Below are positions 1-8,614 of a stretch of 43,648 nucleotides of DNA, piece after piece. The DNA comes from a virus. Lineage: Duplodnaviria > Caudoviricetes. Each line of letters begins with the position of its first letter. Position 1 is the first letter of the stretch. The stretch is from positions 1-43,648 of IMG/VR virus record IMGVR_UViG_3300048855_000207; one strand, given 5' to 3'. Below the pieces are notes generated by a model. It had not been told where the DNA came from. It worked only from the letters and a program-made list of their open reading frames with translations, and ran no database searches. The position numbers and the translations under genes were made by a program.

Positions 1-2646
1 ATGCTTACCAATGACCTCATGGCGGCGCAGCGCGACCGCGAAGACACCTCGATCGCCAAGGGCGTGGAGCGCTTCCAGGCCCAACAGCTCCGCAAGGCAC
101 AGACGGACGGCCTAGAGGCCACGGATAGCGTCTCGAAGATGCTGAGGGGCGCCACGCCCATCGTCGGCGAGGGGCTCCGCAAGTGGCTCGACGCCCGCCG
201 GGCTGAGAAGGGCCGCAAGCCCGTCGCGTTCAAGCCGATCGAGCTGATCGACATCGACAAGCTCGCGCTGATCGGCACCTCCGCGGTCTTCCACGAGCTG
301 GCGAACGGCGGGGCCGTGGCGGCCATCACGCACCAAATTGGCCGTCTGGCCCAGGTGGAGCTTGAGGCCGACGCCATGCTCACGAAGGACAAGAAGCGGG
401 CGAAGGCGCTGAAGGCGCTGGTAGAGAAGGGGGCGTCGGAGAGGACGCTGGAGGATCGCCATGCGGACCTTGCGGCGGACCTTGGCGTCGACCTGGGCTG
501 GACCGGGCACACTCGGGTCCTTGTCGGCCAAGCGGTCCTGGGGGTCATCCTGATCGACCTCAAGGACGTCTTTGTCCAAACCCGCATCCACACCAAGGGG
601 CCGAAGGGCGCCCACACGATCCCGGCGATCGAGCTGACCCCAGAGGCCGTCGCGGTCCTCTTGGAGATGGAGGACATCGCCGCCTTCATGCGTCCGCTCT
701 ACACGCCCATGATTGCCCCGCCGCGGCCATGGACCACCATGAACACCGGGGCCTATCTGGACCTCCGGGTCTCGAAGACCGTGCCGCTCGTGAAGACGTT
801 CAGCGGCGAGCACCGCCGATTGATCCGTGAGGCCCTGAAGGCCGGCGAGATGCAAGAGGTCCTCGACGCGGTCAACGCGATCCAGGGCACCCGCTTTGCG
901 ATCGACAAGGACATCCTCCGCCTCATCCGCTGGGCTGTGGAAGAGGAGCACCAGCCGGGCTCCAAGTTCCCCATGGCGACCGCAAAGGCCCCGAAGGTTC
1001 CGGAGAAGGTGGGGGCGGTGGAGTGGGCCTCGTGGTCCCAGGAGCGCCGGACGGCCGTGTCGCGCGAGCGGACTGCCAAGGCCATCCTCAGGAAGTCGAA
1101 CAACCGAGCCCACATCACCCTCTCCGGCGACGTCGCTATGGCTGAGGAGCTGGCCGTGGCGGAAGCCTTCTACGTGCCTCACAACCTCGACTTCCGCGGC
1201 CGGGTCTACGCCGTGCCCCACTTCAACCATCAGCGGTCGGACTACATGAAGGCGCTCTTCCGCTTCGCCGATACGGTGCCCCTCGGCGAGCACGGTGGCG
1301 ACTGGCTCCGAATCCACCTCGCCAACTGCGGCGACTTCGAGAAAATGTCGAAGAAGCCCTTTGCCGATCGGATCGCCTGGGTCGAAGCCAACGCTGTCCA
1401 GATCATCGCCACCGGCCGCAACCCCGAGGCCTTCGTGGATTACTGGTCGTCAGCCGATAGCCCGTTCTGTTTCCTCCAGGCCTGCATGGAATACGCGGCG
1501 TGGGATGCCAGCGGATACTCCCCGGACTTCGGCTCCTCGATCGCCATTGCGGCCGATGGGTCCTGCTCGGGCCTCCAGCACTATTCGGCCCTAACGCGCT
1601 CGGCGATGGAGGCGCACCACGTCAATCTCGTCTCGCGCGACACGGTGGGCGACATCTACCAGATTACCGCCGACGAAGCGGTCCCGTCGCTTCAGGCGTC
1701 CGTCCTCAAGGCCCAGTCGTACGATGAGGGCTCGAAGGAACGTCGGGAGGGCGAGCTGTGCCAAATCGTCCTCGACCAGGGCTTCGGGCGAGGCGAGGTG
1801 AAGCGCAACGTGATGACCTATTTCTACGGGAGCGGGAAGTTCGGGATGCGCGACCAGCACATGGAGGACACGATGCGGCCGATCGCCGACGAGGTCGCCA
1901 TGGGGAAGCGTGAGGCCCATCCGTACGCGGTGCTGACTGAGCGGACCAACAAGGACACCGGCGAGGCCCGCTGGGAGCTGGACGGCGGCTATAGCTGCGC
2001 CCAGGTCATGGCGGCCCACACGTACGCCGCGGTCGTCAAGGTGGCGCCCATGGCAGACGACGCCGCCAACTGGATACAGTCCGTTGCGGCCCTCCTCGCC
2101 CACGAGGGCCTATCGATGATCTGGCGGACCCAGACGGGGCTCCCGGTCGTCCAGCGCTATAGTGAGTACGTGTCGAAGGCCGTAAACCTCTGGCTGTTCG
2201 ACAAGTCCATCAAGGTCCCGAGCGGCAACGACAAGGTCGACGCTGAGGGCAATGCGCTCGCCCGCATCCAGCTCCTCATCCGCGAGGCGCCGACTAAGCG
2301 CGTCGAGAAGAAGCGGATGCGCTCCGCCGCTTCCCCGAACGTCATTCACTCCATGGATGGCGCCCATCTCCAGCGCTCCGTTGCGATGGCCAAGGCGGCC
2401 GGCATCGATCACTTCCTTATGATCCACGACTCGTTCGGGGCCCACGCGGGACACATGGCTACCTTCTCGGCCGTCATCCGCGAGGCGTTCATCTCGTGCT
2501 ATGCCGATTACTGCCCGCTGGCCGAGCTGGACCGCTACGCGCGTTCGGTCCTGTCGGATGAGGGACAGGAGAAGCTCCCTGCGATCCCGGCGAAAGGGGA
2601 CCTTGACCTCGACCTCATTCGAGGGAGTCTCTACGCCTTCGCATAG
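1..2646 (+). CDS. T7/T3-type single-subunit DNA-directed RNA polymerase
   Basis: 881 aa; DFRGRVY, motif A (DGSCSGLQHY), motif B (RGEVKRNVMTYFYG), PNVIHSMD, motif C (IHDSF). Confidence 0.98.
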   Translation: MLTNDLMAAQRDREDTSIAKGVERFQAQQLRKAQTDGLEATDSVSKMLRGATPIVGEGLRKWLDARRAEKGRKPVAFKPIELIDIDKLALIGTSAVFHELANGGAVAAITHQIGRLAQVELEADAMLTKDKKRAKALKALVEKGASERTLEDRHADLAADLGVDLGWTGHTRVLVGQAVLGVILIDLKDVFVQTRIHTKGPKGAHTIPAIELTPEAVAVLLEMEDIAAFMRPLYTPMIAPPRPWTTMNTGAYLDLRVSKTVPLVKTFSGEHRRLIREALKAGEMQEVLDAVNAIQGTRFAIDKDILRLIRWAVEEEHQPGSKFPMATAKAPKVPEKVGAVEWASWSQERRTAVSRERTAKAILRKSNNRAHITLSGDVAMAEELAVAEAFYVPHNLDFRGRVYAVPHFNHQRSDYMKALFRFADTVPLGEHGGDWLRIHLANCGDFEKMSKKPFADRIAWVEANAVQIIATGRNPEAFVDYWSSADSPFCFLQACMEYAAWDASGYSPDFGSSIAIAADGSCSGLQHYSALTRSAMEAHHVNLVSRDTVGDIYQITADEAVPSLQASVLKAQSYDEGSKERREGELCQIVLDQGFGRGEVKRNVMTYFYGSGKFGMRDQHMEDTMRPIADEVAMGKREAHPYAVLTERTNKDTGEARWELDGGYSCAQVMAAHTYAAVVKVAPMADDAANWIQSVAALLAHEGLSMIWRTQTGLPVVQRYSEYVSKAVNLWLFDKSIKVPSGNDKVDAEGNALARIQLLIREAPTKRVEKKRMRSAASPNVIHSMDGAHLQRSVAMAKAAGIDHFLMIHDSFGAHAGHMATFSAVIREAFISCYADYCPLAELDRYARSVLSDEGQEKLPAIPAKGDLDLDLIRGSLYAFA

Positions 2647-2648
2647 GT

Positions 2649-2671
2649 GCGATATTCGCCATCTGTGGAGC
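2649..2671 (-). promoter_or_regulatory. 23-bp motif copy A (candidate operator), abutting phage promoter 1
   Basis: GCTCCACAGATGGCGAATATCGC on minus strand; 21/23 identical to the copy at 21816-21838. Confidence 0.6.
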
Positions 2672-2695
2672 ATTAGTGCTGACTATTGCACAACC
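2670..2695 (+). promoter_or_regulatory. Putative phage RNAP promoter 1 (replication module), predicted +1 at G2688
   Basis: GCATTAGTGCTGACTATTGCACAACC; 24/26 identical to 24674-24699; -17..+1 matches T7 consensus TAATACGACTCACTATAG at 11/18; lies just after the RNAP gene. Confidence 0.75.
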
Positions 2696-2704
2696 CCTTT
2701 AAGT

Positions 2705-2742
2705 GCCCCTCGGTCCCTCGCGGTCCGGGGGGTTCTCCTTTT
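2705..2742 (+). terminator. Hairpin plus pyrimidine tract after RNAP gene (TE-like terminator or processing site)
   Basis: GCCCCTCGG...CCGGGGGT stem followed by TCTCCTTTT. Confidence 0.5.
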
Positions 2743-2762
2743 CAGGGCCTTGAGCGTCGTTT

Positions 2763-2785
2763 TTTACACGATTGGCAAACGTCGC
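2763..2785 (+). promoter_or_regulatory. 23-bp motif copy G upstream of ssb
   Basis: TTTACACGATTGGCAAACGTCGC; 15/23 to copy C (21871). Confidence 0.4.
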
Positions 2786-2823
2786 CGATCGTCACATACA
2801 TTCCAAGAGTTTCTCTACCCACC

Positions 2824-3492
2824 ATGGCAAAATCGCCACGTATCAAGGCCACTGTCGGCCCCTTCGTCTTCGCCTATCCGCACCTCACGGCGCCGGACAC
2901 CGAAGGCAAGTTCGCCGATAACAAGTACAAGGTCGACGGCATCGGCGCCCCGACCTCCGACGCGATGAAGCGCGCTAAGGTCGTCATCGCAGACGCCCTC
3001 AAGCAGCTCGGCGCCCCCAAGAACGCCAATCTCCCGCTGAAGCAGGAGACCTCGAAGAACGATGCGGGCAAGCGGGAGCCGACCGGCAACCTCATGTTCC
3101 GTACGAAGTCGCAGTTCGCCCCGGCGATTGTCGACGCTTCGGGCAAGCCGATCCCGGACAAGGTCCTCAAGAACCTCACGATCGGCGCCGGCTCGGAAGG
3201 CCTGCTCCAGGGCTATTTCAGCTCCTACGAGCTGACCGTCACCGAGCGCGATGCGGACGGCAACAAGATCACGACCAAGGAACCCGGCGTGTCGTTCACG
3301 CTCACGGGCGTCCAGCTCATCAAGCTCGTCAAGGGCGGCAAGGGCACGGCGGACTTCGCTGCCTTCGAGGGCGGCGGCTTCAGCATCGACGACGAAGACA
3401 ACGGCGACGCAAGCGACCTGGGCCTCGACCTGGACGATGCGGACGACAGCTCGGCGGCCGATGAGGGTGATGGTGGCATCCTCGACATTTAA
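2824..3492 (+). CDS. Single-stranded DNA-binding protein (T7 gp2.5-like)
   Basis: FAYPHLTAPD, GVSFTLTGVQLIKL, very acidic C-terminal tail; precedes endonuclease; start taken at ATG 2824 (MAKSPR). Confidence 0.88.
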   Translation: MAKSPRIKATVGPFVFAYPHLTAPDTEGKFADNKYKVDGIGAPTSDAMKRAKVVIADALKQLGAPKNANLPLKQETSKNDAGKREPTGNLMFRTKSQFAPAIVDASGKPIPDKVLKNLTIGAGSEGLLQGYFSSYELTVTERDADGNKITTKEPGVSFTLTGVQLIKLVKGGKGTADFAAFEGGGFSIDDEDNGDASDLGLDLDDADDSSAADEGDGGILDI

Positions 3493-3913
3493 GGGTCGAG
3501 TGAAGCTGCACGGCCGATCAGGCCTCGAAGACAAGACGATGGCCCACCTCGACACGCTCGGGGTGGCCTATCGCTACGAGGAGGTGCGGGTCTCCTACGA
3601 GAAACCCGCCAGCTCCCACCGCTACACCCCGGACTTCATCCTGGAAAACGGCATCATCGTCGAGACCAAGGGCCTCTTCGATACCGCCGATCGCCAGAAG
3701 CATGAGCTGATCCGCAAGCAGCACCCCCAGCTCGACATCCGCTTCGTCTTCTCCCGCTCGGCCTCGCCGATCCGGAAGGGCTCGAAGACCACCTACGGCG
3801 CCTGGTGCGCGAAGCTCGGCATCCCGTTCGCCGACAAGACCATCCCGCAATCGTGGATCGACGAACCCAACGATCCCTCCCGCCACACGGCTCTCGAAGC
3901 CGCCTCAGCATAG
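3470..3913 (+). CDS. Endonuclease I / Holliday junction resolvase (T7 gp3-like)
   Basis: RSGLE, YTPDF, IIVETKG, DIRFVF, KTTY..W motifs; start ATG 3470 or GTG 3473. Confidence 0.95.
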   Translation: MVASSTFKGRVKLHGRSGLEDKTMAHLDTLGVAYRYEEVRVSYEKPASSHRYTPDFILENGIIVETKGLFDTADRQKHELIRKQHPQLDIRFVFSRSASPIRKGSKTTYGAWCAKLGIPFADKTIPQSWIDEPNDPSRHTALEAASA

Positions 3914-3952
3914 CCGCGCCCTGAAGGGCCTCGCGGTCCCGAAAGGACGACT

Positions 3953-4468
3953 ATGACACCCGATGAAAAGCTCAACGACGAAATCCTCCGGGCTGAGCTG
4001 CGCCGCGACGAGGGCTGGGTCGTCAACAAGACCTACCGCTGCACCGAGGGGAAGCTCTCGGCCGGCTGTGGGCGCAACCTCGACGACGTAGGCATCCTCC
4101 CGTCCGAGACGGCGCTACTCGGCATCACGACGGCCGACGCCCGCAAGAAGGGCGTAACGGACCGGCAGGCCACCATCCTGCTCGACAACGACATCCAGCG
4201 CTCGAAGGCCGACCTGGACCGGGTGCTCCCGTGGTGGCGTACTCTCGACTTGGTCCGCCAGCGCGTCCTCATCAACATGTGCTTCAACATGGGGATCGGA
4301 AACGGGGCCAAGGGCCTCTCCTCGTTCCGCAACACCCTCCGGTACATCCGCGAGGGCAACTACGGCCACGCGGCCGACAACATGCTCGCCTCGAAGTGGG
4401 CCGGCCAAGTCGGTGCCCGCGCCAAGCGCCTCGCCGACCTCATGCGCCTCGGCCCCAAGAAACTCTGA
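3953..4468 (+). CDS. Endolysin, phage lysozyme (GH24 / T4-lysozyme-like muramidase)
   Basis: DEG...Y.C..GK...G.GRNL, RQRVLINMCFNMG, SKWAGQVGARA. Confidence 0.88.
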   Translation: MTPDEKLNDEILRAELRRDEGWVVNKTYRCTEGKLSAGCGRNLDDVGILPSETALLGITTADARKKGVTDRQATILLDNDIQRSKADLDRVLPWWRTLDLVRQRVLINMCFNMGIGNGAKGLSSFRNTLRYIREGNYGHAADNMLASKWAGQVGARAKRLADLMRLGPKKL

Positions 4469-4482
4469 AAGGACCTGAAGCT

Positions 4483-4716
4483 ATGCCGAAGTACCGTCAC
4501 ATCACGCCCCGCGCCAAGCAGCTCCTGGACTATCTCCAGACGACCGGCGAGGTCTCCAGCCGCGAAGCCATGATCGACCTCGACATGTGCGGCGGGTCGC
4601 TCACCCGCCGCGTTACCGAGCTTCGCGATGCGGGCTACGACATCGCCGCCGAGGCCAAACAGCACCCCGTCACCGGGCGGCGCTACACCCGCTACCATTA
4701 TCAGGTCGCCGCCTAA
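4483..4716 (+). CDS. Small winged-helix DNA-binding protein
   Basis: LLDYLQTTGEVSSREA...LTRRVTELRDAGYDI...YTRY pattern; RBS AGGA before ATG 4483. Confidence 0.7.
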   Translation: MPKYRHITPRAKQLLDYLQTTGEVSSREAMIDLDMCGGSLTRRVTELRDAGYDIAAEAKQHPVTGRRYTRYHYQVAA

Positions 4717-4895
4717 TGGCCGCTGCCAAACACACGGCACCCGTCGTCACTGCAACGCCCCTCCAGGTCCTGGAAGGCGCCGTGGAGGCACTGGTGTCCG
4801 CTTCCCTGCCGATCGCTGACGTCAATCAGCTCGACGTAGGGAACTACCGTCTCCAGTTCGCTGGGGGCGTGTTGCTCTCGATGAGCCACAAATGA
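4716..4895 (+). CDS. Hypothetical protein
   Basis: TAATG coupling with previous gene; 59 aa. Confidence 0.6.
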   Translation: MAAAKHTAPVVTATPLQVLEGAVEALVSASLPIADVNQLDVGNYRLQFAGGVLLSMSHK

Positions 4896-4901
4896 TCCCA
4901 G

Positions 4902-4948
4902 AGGGGGCCGACCGTTACCGTAAGGAATAGTTGGCCCCCTTTTGTTTT
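4902..4948 (+). terminator. Intrinsic terminator between convergent genes
   Basis: AGGGGGCCGAC / GTTGGCCCCCT stem followed by TTTGTTTT. Confidence 0.7.
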
Positions 4949-4954
4949 CACCTA

Positions 4955-5497
4955 TCAGCGATACTCGGGGTGGATACGTGCATCTACGACAGTGATAAGA
5001 TCGTCGACCGACAGATAGCCACCGAAGCCCTTCCCGCGAACGCTCTTGTAGGCATCGATCATACGCTCGTGCATCTCCGTGTCCGGCGTGTGGGAGTCAA
5101 ACTCTCGGCCCTGGAACTCCGTCCAGCTATCGAGGTCCTCAACCAACGTCCGTGCGATGGACGGATATTCGGTGTGTCCGTCGAAGCCACCAAACTTCGG
5201 GGCCCGACCATGTGCGCCCTCGGCGTTCCGGACCTTTTCTTGGTCCTCCGGCGGAAGCTGTGCGTAGCTGTCCTCAACGATGCGCCACATATCTAGGGCG
5301 TCCTGCACAAAGCTGATGTCCGCTTCATCCCGCTCTCCGCCGCCAAAGATGCCCGGATACTCACGTTCAATAGCCCAGAAGTCGCTATCGACGTGCTTCC
5401 GGATGAATGCAGGATCAACGGAGTCTTCAATATTCAAATGCTCGTGGATGTCAGCAAGCATCGTAATGATGAGCTTCTCGCCTTTCGACAATGTCAT
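4955..5497 (-). CDS. YfbU (UPF0304)-family protein, antisense moron
   Basis: EKLII.ML..I, FV.D.LDMW, F.GFDG..E, F..REFDSH.P...M...M pattern; AGGAGG RBS before ATG 5497. Confidence 0.8.
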   Translation of the reverse strand: MTLSKGEKLIITMLADIHEHLNIEDSVDPAFIRKHVDSDFWAIEREYPGIFGGGERDEADISFVQDALDMWRIVEDSYAQLPPEDQEKVRNAEGAHGRAPKFGGFDGHTEYPSIARTLVEDLDSWTEFQGREFDSHTPDTEMHERMIDAYKSVRGKGFGGYLSVDDLITVVDARIHPEYR

Positions 5498-5614
5498 ACG
5501 TCCTCCTGTTTGTTGTAGCAGCCAGATAGGAACGCCGCCTCGCTTCTCCAACACCGGGTTTCCGGTGGCCCCAGCGGGCTTTTCCCTTTCATCGCTGGGG
5601 CTTCCCGAACCTCG

Positions 5615-5872
5615 TTAGTAGCTACGCTTGCTCGACCAGGACGGTGCCTTGGGCTGGTACGGGTCAACCGTACCTTCCTTGCCATTGTACGGGTTGACGT
5701 TCCCCCTCGTGGACCAATTGTCACTGGTCGTGGTGTTCGGCGTCGTCCGAACATGCGGTGCAACGTAGGTTCCGTCCTTCCGTACATAGCCATCTACGCG
5801 AGTAGTGCGCTGCGCAATCGCAGACGAAGCACCCAGGGCGATTAGTGCCGCGGTGACAATTAGCTTCTTCAA
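5615..5872 (-). CDS. Small secreted protein (GY.RKDGTYV.PH.R...DN.ST.GN.NPY.G type), antisense moron
   Basis: TTG start with AGGAG RBS; signal peptide MKKLIVTAALIALGASSAIA. Confidence 0.75.
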   Translation of the reverse strand: MKKLIVTAALIALGASSAIAQRTTRVDGYVRKDGTYVAPHVRTTPNTTTSDNWSTRGNVNPYNGKEGTVDPYQPKAPSWSSKRSY

Positions 5873-5971
5873 GACTGTTCTCCTGTTGCGACTTCGACTC
5901 CCGAACCGCGGCAACATCCTGAAGAGCCTTCGTTAAGACCTTCACACTCATCTATCGTTAACGGAGACCTC

Positions 5972-7684
5972 ATGGATCGCGAACGCGATACCAGCGCCTT
6001 CCTGCGCCACGAGTCCTGTCCGTCCTGTGGTTCCCGCGACAACCTCGCCCGCTACGCCTCCGGGCGCGGCTGGTGCCACGGGTGCGGCCACTTCGAGCCC
6101 CCGGACGGCTCCACCTACACACCATCGACCCCAAGGCCCCCACGCTTGTTCAATCCCATCGAAGGCGAAGTCCGCCCGATCGCCAGCTCCTATGGCATCG
6201 ACGAGAAGACTTGCCGCGCCCTCGGCATCAAGATCGTCCCCTACGCCTGCCGAGACCCGGACGGCGACCTCATGCCCCGGAAGAACTGCCTGTCGTTCGA
6301 CTACCAGTCGCCGAAGGGCGGCCTCTGGGGCCAGAAAATCCGCTACAAGATCAGCGAGGACGAAAAGACCTTCTCGTTCCCGCACGCTGACGGAAAGCCC
6401 CCGCTGTGGCTCCAGCACCTCTGGGGCGCTGGCTGCGACACCCGCAACCTTGTCGTCTGGGAAGGGGAGGGCGATTGCGCCGCCTACTACCAGGTGACGG
6501 GCGGCAAGTACCCGACCGTCTCGATCCCGACCGGCGCCAAGGGGTGCGAGAGCGTCCTCCGGGACCACTACGAGTTCCTCGCCCGGTTCGATAAGGTCGT
6601 CATCGTCTTCGACGGCGACCCGACCGGCCGCGAATGGGCCCAGAAGGCCGCTGCGATCCTGCCGCCCGGCAAGGCGTACATCGGCGAGGTCCAAGGGCAC
6701 AAAGACGCCCGAACGGCCCTTATGGCCGGCGACACCAAGGCCATCACGGGCGCCTTCTTCAACGCCGAGGCCTACAAGCCCGATGGCATCTTCCGAGTCC
6801 GCGACTTGGTCGAGGAGGCCCGCAAGCCTGTCGTCATGGGGATGCCTTGGTGGAGCCCCACGCTGACGAAGTGGACCTTCGGGCGCCGTCCGGGCGAGCT
6901 GTACACCCTCGGCGCCGGTAACTCGATCGGCAAGACCGATTGGACCACTCAGTCCATCAGCTACGACGCGCTCGTCTTGGGCGTGATGACCGCGGTTATC
7001 TACCTGGAACAGCCGCCCGTAGAGACGCTCAAGCGCCTAGCGGGCAAGTTCGCCGGCAAGCCCTTCCACATCCCCATGGAAGCGCTGGAGGGCGACGATC
7101 GCTACACCCAAGAGGAGCTGGACGCCGCGCTCGACGCGCTGGAGTCCTCGCCCAACCTCATCTTCGCCGGCAACTTCGCGTCCACTGACTGGGCCGACGT
7201 GGCCGACAAGATCAGATACCTCGTGATCGCCGAGGGCGTCCGCGTGGTCTACCTCGACAACCTCACGGCCCTTGTGGACGAGAGCAACGAGCGCGCCTCG
7301 GTCGAGAAGATCATCAAAGAGATGGCGCTCCTCTGCCAAGAGCTACAGATCAACATCATCCTCCTGTGCCACCTCGCCACTCCGGACGGGAAAAGCCACG
7401 AGGAGGGCGGCCACGTCAGCCTCAAGCACTTCAAGGGCTCACGGGCCATGGGTGCCTGGCCGCACTACGCCTTCGGCCTGGAGCGCAACACGCAAGCCGA
7501 GGACCCCGCGATGCGGAACTACTCGACCTTTCGTTGCGTGAAGGACCGCTACACCGGCCGCGCGAACGGCAACACCATGTGCCTCCACTTCGAGCGCCAG
7601 ACCGGCCAGCTCGTCGAGTGTGACTTCCCCGTCACCGACGAGGGCGGCGCGAACTTTGAGCCCTACACGGGCACCGACTTCTAA
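5972..7684 (+). CDS. DNA primase-helicase (T7 gp4-like)
   Basis: Cys4 zinc finger (CPSC...CHGC), TOPRIM EGEGD and FDGD, Walker A GAGNSIGKT, LDNL, KDRYTG. Confidence 0.97.
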   Translation: MDRERDTSAFLRHESCPSCGSRDNLARYASGRGWCHGCGHFEPPDGSTYTPSTPRPPRLFNPIEGEVRPIASSYGIDEKTCRALGIKIVPYACRDPDGDLMPRKNCLSFDYQSPKGGLWGQKIRYKISEDEKTFSFPHADGKPPLWLQHLWGAGCDTRNLVVWEGEGDCAAYYQVTGGKYPTVSIPTGAKGCESVLRDHYEFLARFDKVVIVFDGDPTGREWAQKAAAILPPGKAYIGEVQGHKDARTALMAGDTKAITGAFFNAEAYKPDGIFRVRDLVEEARKPVVMGMPWWSPTLTKWTFGRRPGELYTLGAGNSIGKTDWTTQSISYDALVLGVMTAVIYLEQPPVETLKRLAGKFAGKPFHIPMEALEGDDRYTQEELDAALDALESSPNLIFAGNFASTDWADVADKIRYLVIAEGVRVVYLDNLTALVDESNERASVEKIIKEMALLCQELQINIILLCHLATPDGKSHEEGGHVSLKHFKGSRAMGAWPHYAFGLERNTQAEDPAMRNYSTFRCVKDRYTGRANGNTMCLHFERQTGQLVECDFPVTDEGGANFEPYTGTDF

Positions 7685-7696
7685 GGTCCCACCATC

Positions 7697-8242
7697 ATGC
7701 AAATCCCCGCCGCCTACGCGGCTACCCTCGCGGCTGTCCGCGGGGTGTTTCCTGGCGCCCTCATCGCAGGGGGAGCACTCCGCGACCTCGACAACGGGCG
7801 GCCCGTTAAGGACATCGACGTCACCATCCCTAGCTGGGGCGGAGACTTCGCCTCGTTCCGCAAGGCCGCCGCGCCCCTGATCCCAGCCGGCACCATCACC
7901 AAGCACTGCAACGCCTCCTACGGCTGGCAGGATGAGTGCCTCGGGTACATCGACATCCCCAGTGTCGACGGCCTGCCTGTTCAGCTCATCGCGCTCACCA
8001 CCGGGCCGGAAAGCCTATTGCATCGCCTCGACTTCGGCATCTGCCGCATCGGCTACGATGGTGTCGAGGTTATCAAGACGGACGAATACCTCGCCGACCA
8101 GGCTACCCAGTCCTTCACGCTCCTTCGGGCCGACGACAGCGCCCAGCGCGATCGGAGCATTCGACGCTTCGAGCGCCTCAGCGAGAAGTACCCCGGCTGG
8201 AAGCTGGTCGATCCGGACGCGGAGCCCTTCGTCCTCAACTGA
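7697..8242 (+). CDS. Nucleotidyltransferase (CCA-adding / poly(A) polymerase head-like)
   Basis: IAGGALRD...KDIDV and DFGICR motifs. Confidence 0.82.
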   Translation: MQIPAAYAATLAAVRGVFPGALIAGGALRDLDNGRPVKDIDVTIPSWGGDFASFRKAAAPLIPAGTITKHCNASYGWQDECLGYIDIPSVDGLPVQLIALTTGPESLLHRLDFGICRIGYDGVEVIKTDEYLADQATQSFTLLRADDSAQRDRSIRRFERLSEKYPGWKLVDPDAEPFVLN

Positions 8243-8262
8243 CTCCATCCGGCCCATGAGGC

Positions 8263-8275
8263 CCCAAGGACACCC
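8263..8275 (+). repeat. Direct repeat CCCAAGGACACCC, left copy (contains RBS)
   Basis: Exact 13-mer also at 9630-9642. Confidence 0.7.
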
Positions 8276-8614
8276 ATGAAACACGCTGCAATCGTACGGC
8301 GGGAAGCACCCAGCTTTCCCGTCTCGATCTTCATTGCCGGAAGCGCTTCTCGCGCTGACGATGCCTGCCGCCGCTATTGCTTCGAGCATGGCCTTTGCGT
8401 CACCGTGGCGCCCTGCGATTACGTCTACACGGGAGGCGCGGAGGCGGGCGTGGTCGTCGGCCTCATCAATTACCCCCGGTTCCCCAAGGAGCCCGAGGCC
8501 CTCATCGCTCAGGCGGATGACCTCGCGGTCTACCTCATGGACGAGCTGTGCCAGGGGTCGTGTACGGTCCAGAGCCCACGAGGCACCGTCTGGATGAGCC
8601 GCCGTGGCGACTGA
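8276..8614 (+). CDS. Hypothetical phage protein (GLCVTV...YTGG.E.G..VGLINYPRFP)
   Basis: Strong RBS; 112 aa; overlaps the next gene. Confidence 0.75.
   Translation: MKHAAIVRREAPSFPVSIFIAGSASRADDACRRYCFEHGLCVTVAPCDYVYTGGAEAGVVVGLINYPRFPKEPEALIAQADDLAVYLMDELCQGSCTVQSPRGTVWMSRRGD

Noticed and set aside
1930-1938. GTGCTGACT match to the phage promoter core
   Set aside because: Only 9 bp, inside the RNAP CDS, lacking the ATTA upstream part and the initiation region
112-2673. Long minus-strand ORFs opposite RNAP (and similar ones opposite primase, polymerase, portal and MCP)
   Set aside because: Shadow frames produced by high GC3 codon bias; no RBS or recognisable motifs
5932-5963. Two CGTTAA elements suggesting a CtrA site
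   Set aside because: Spacing does not fit TTAA-N7-TTAA
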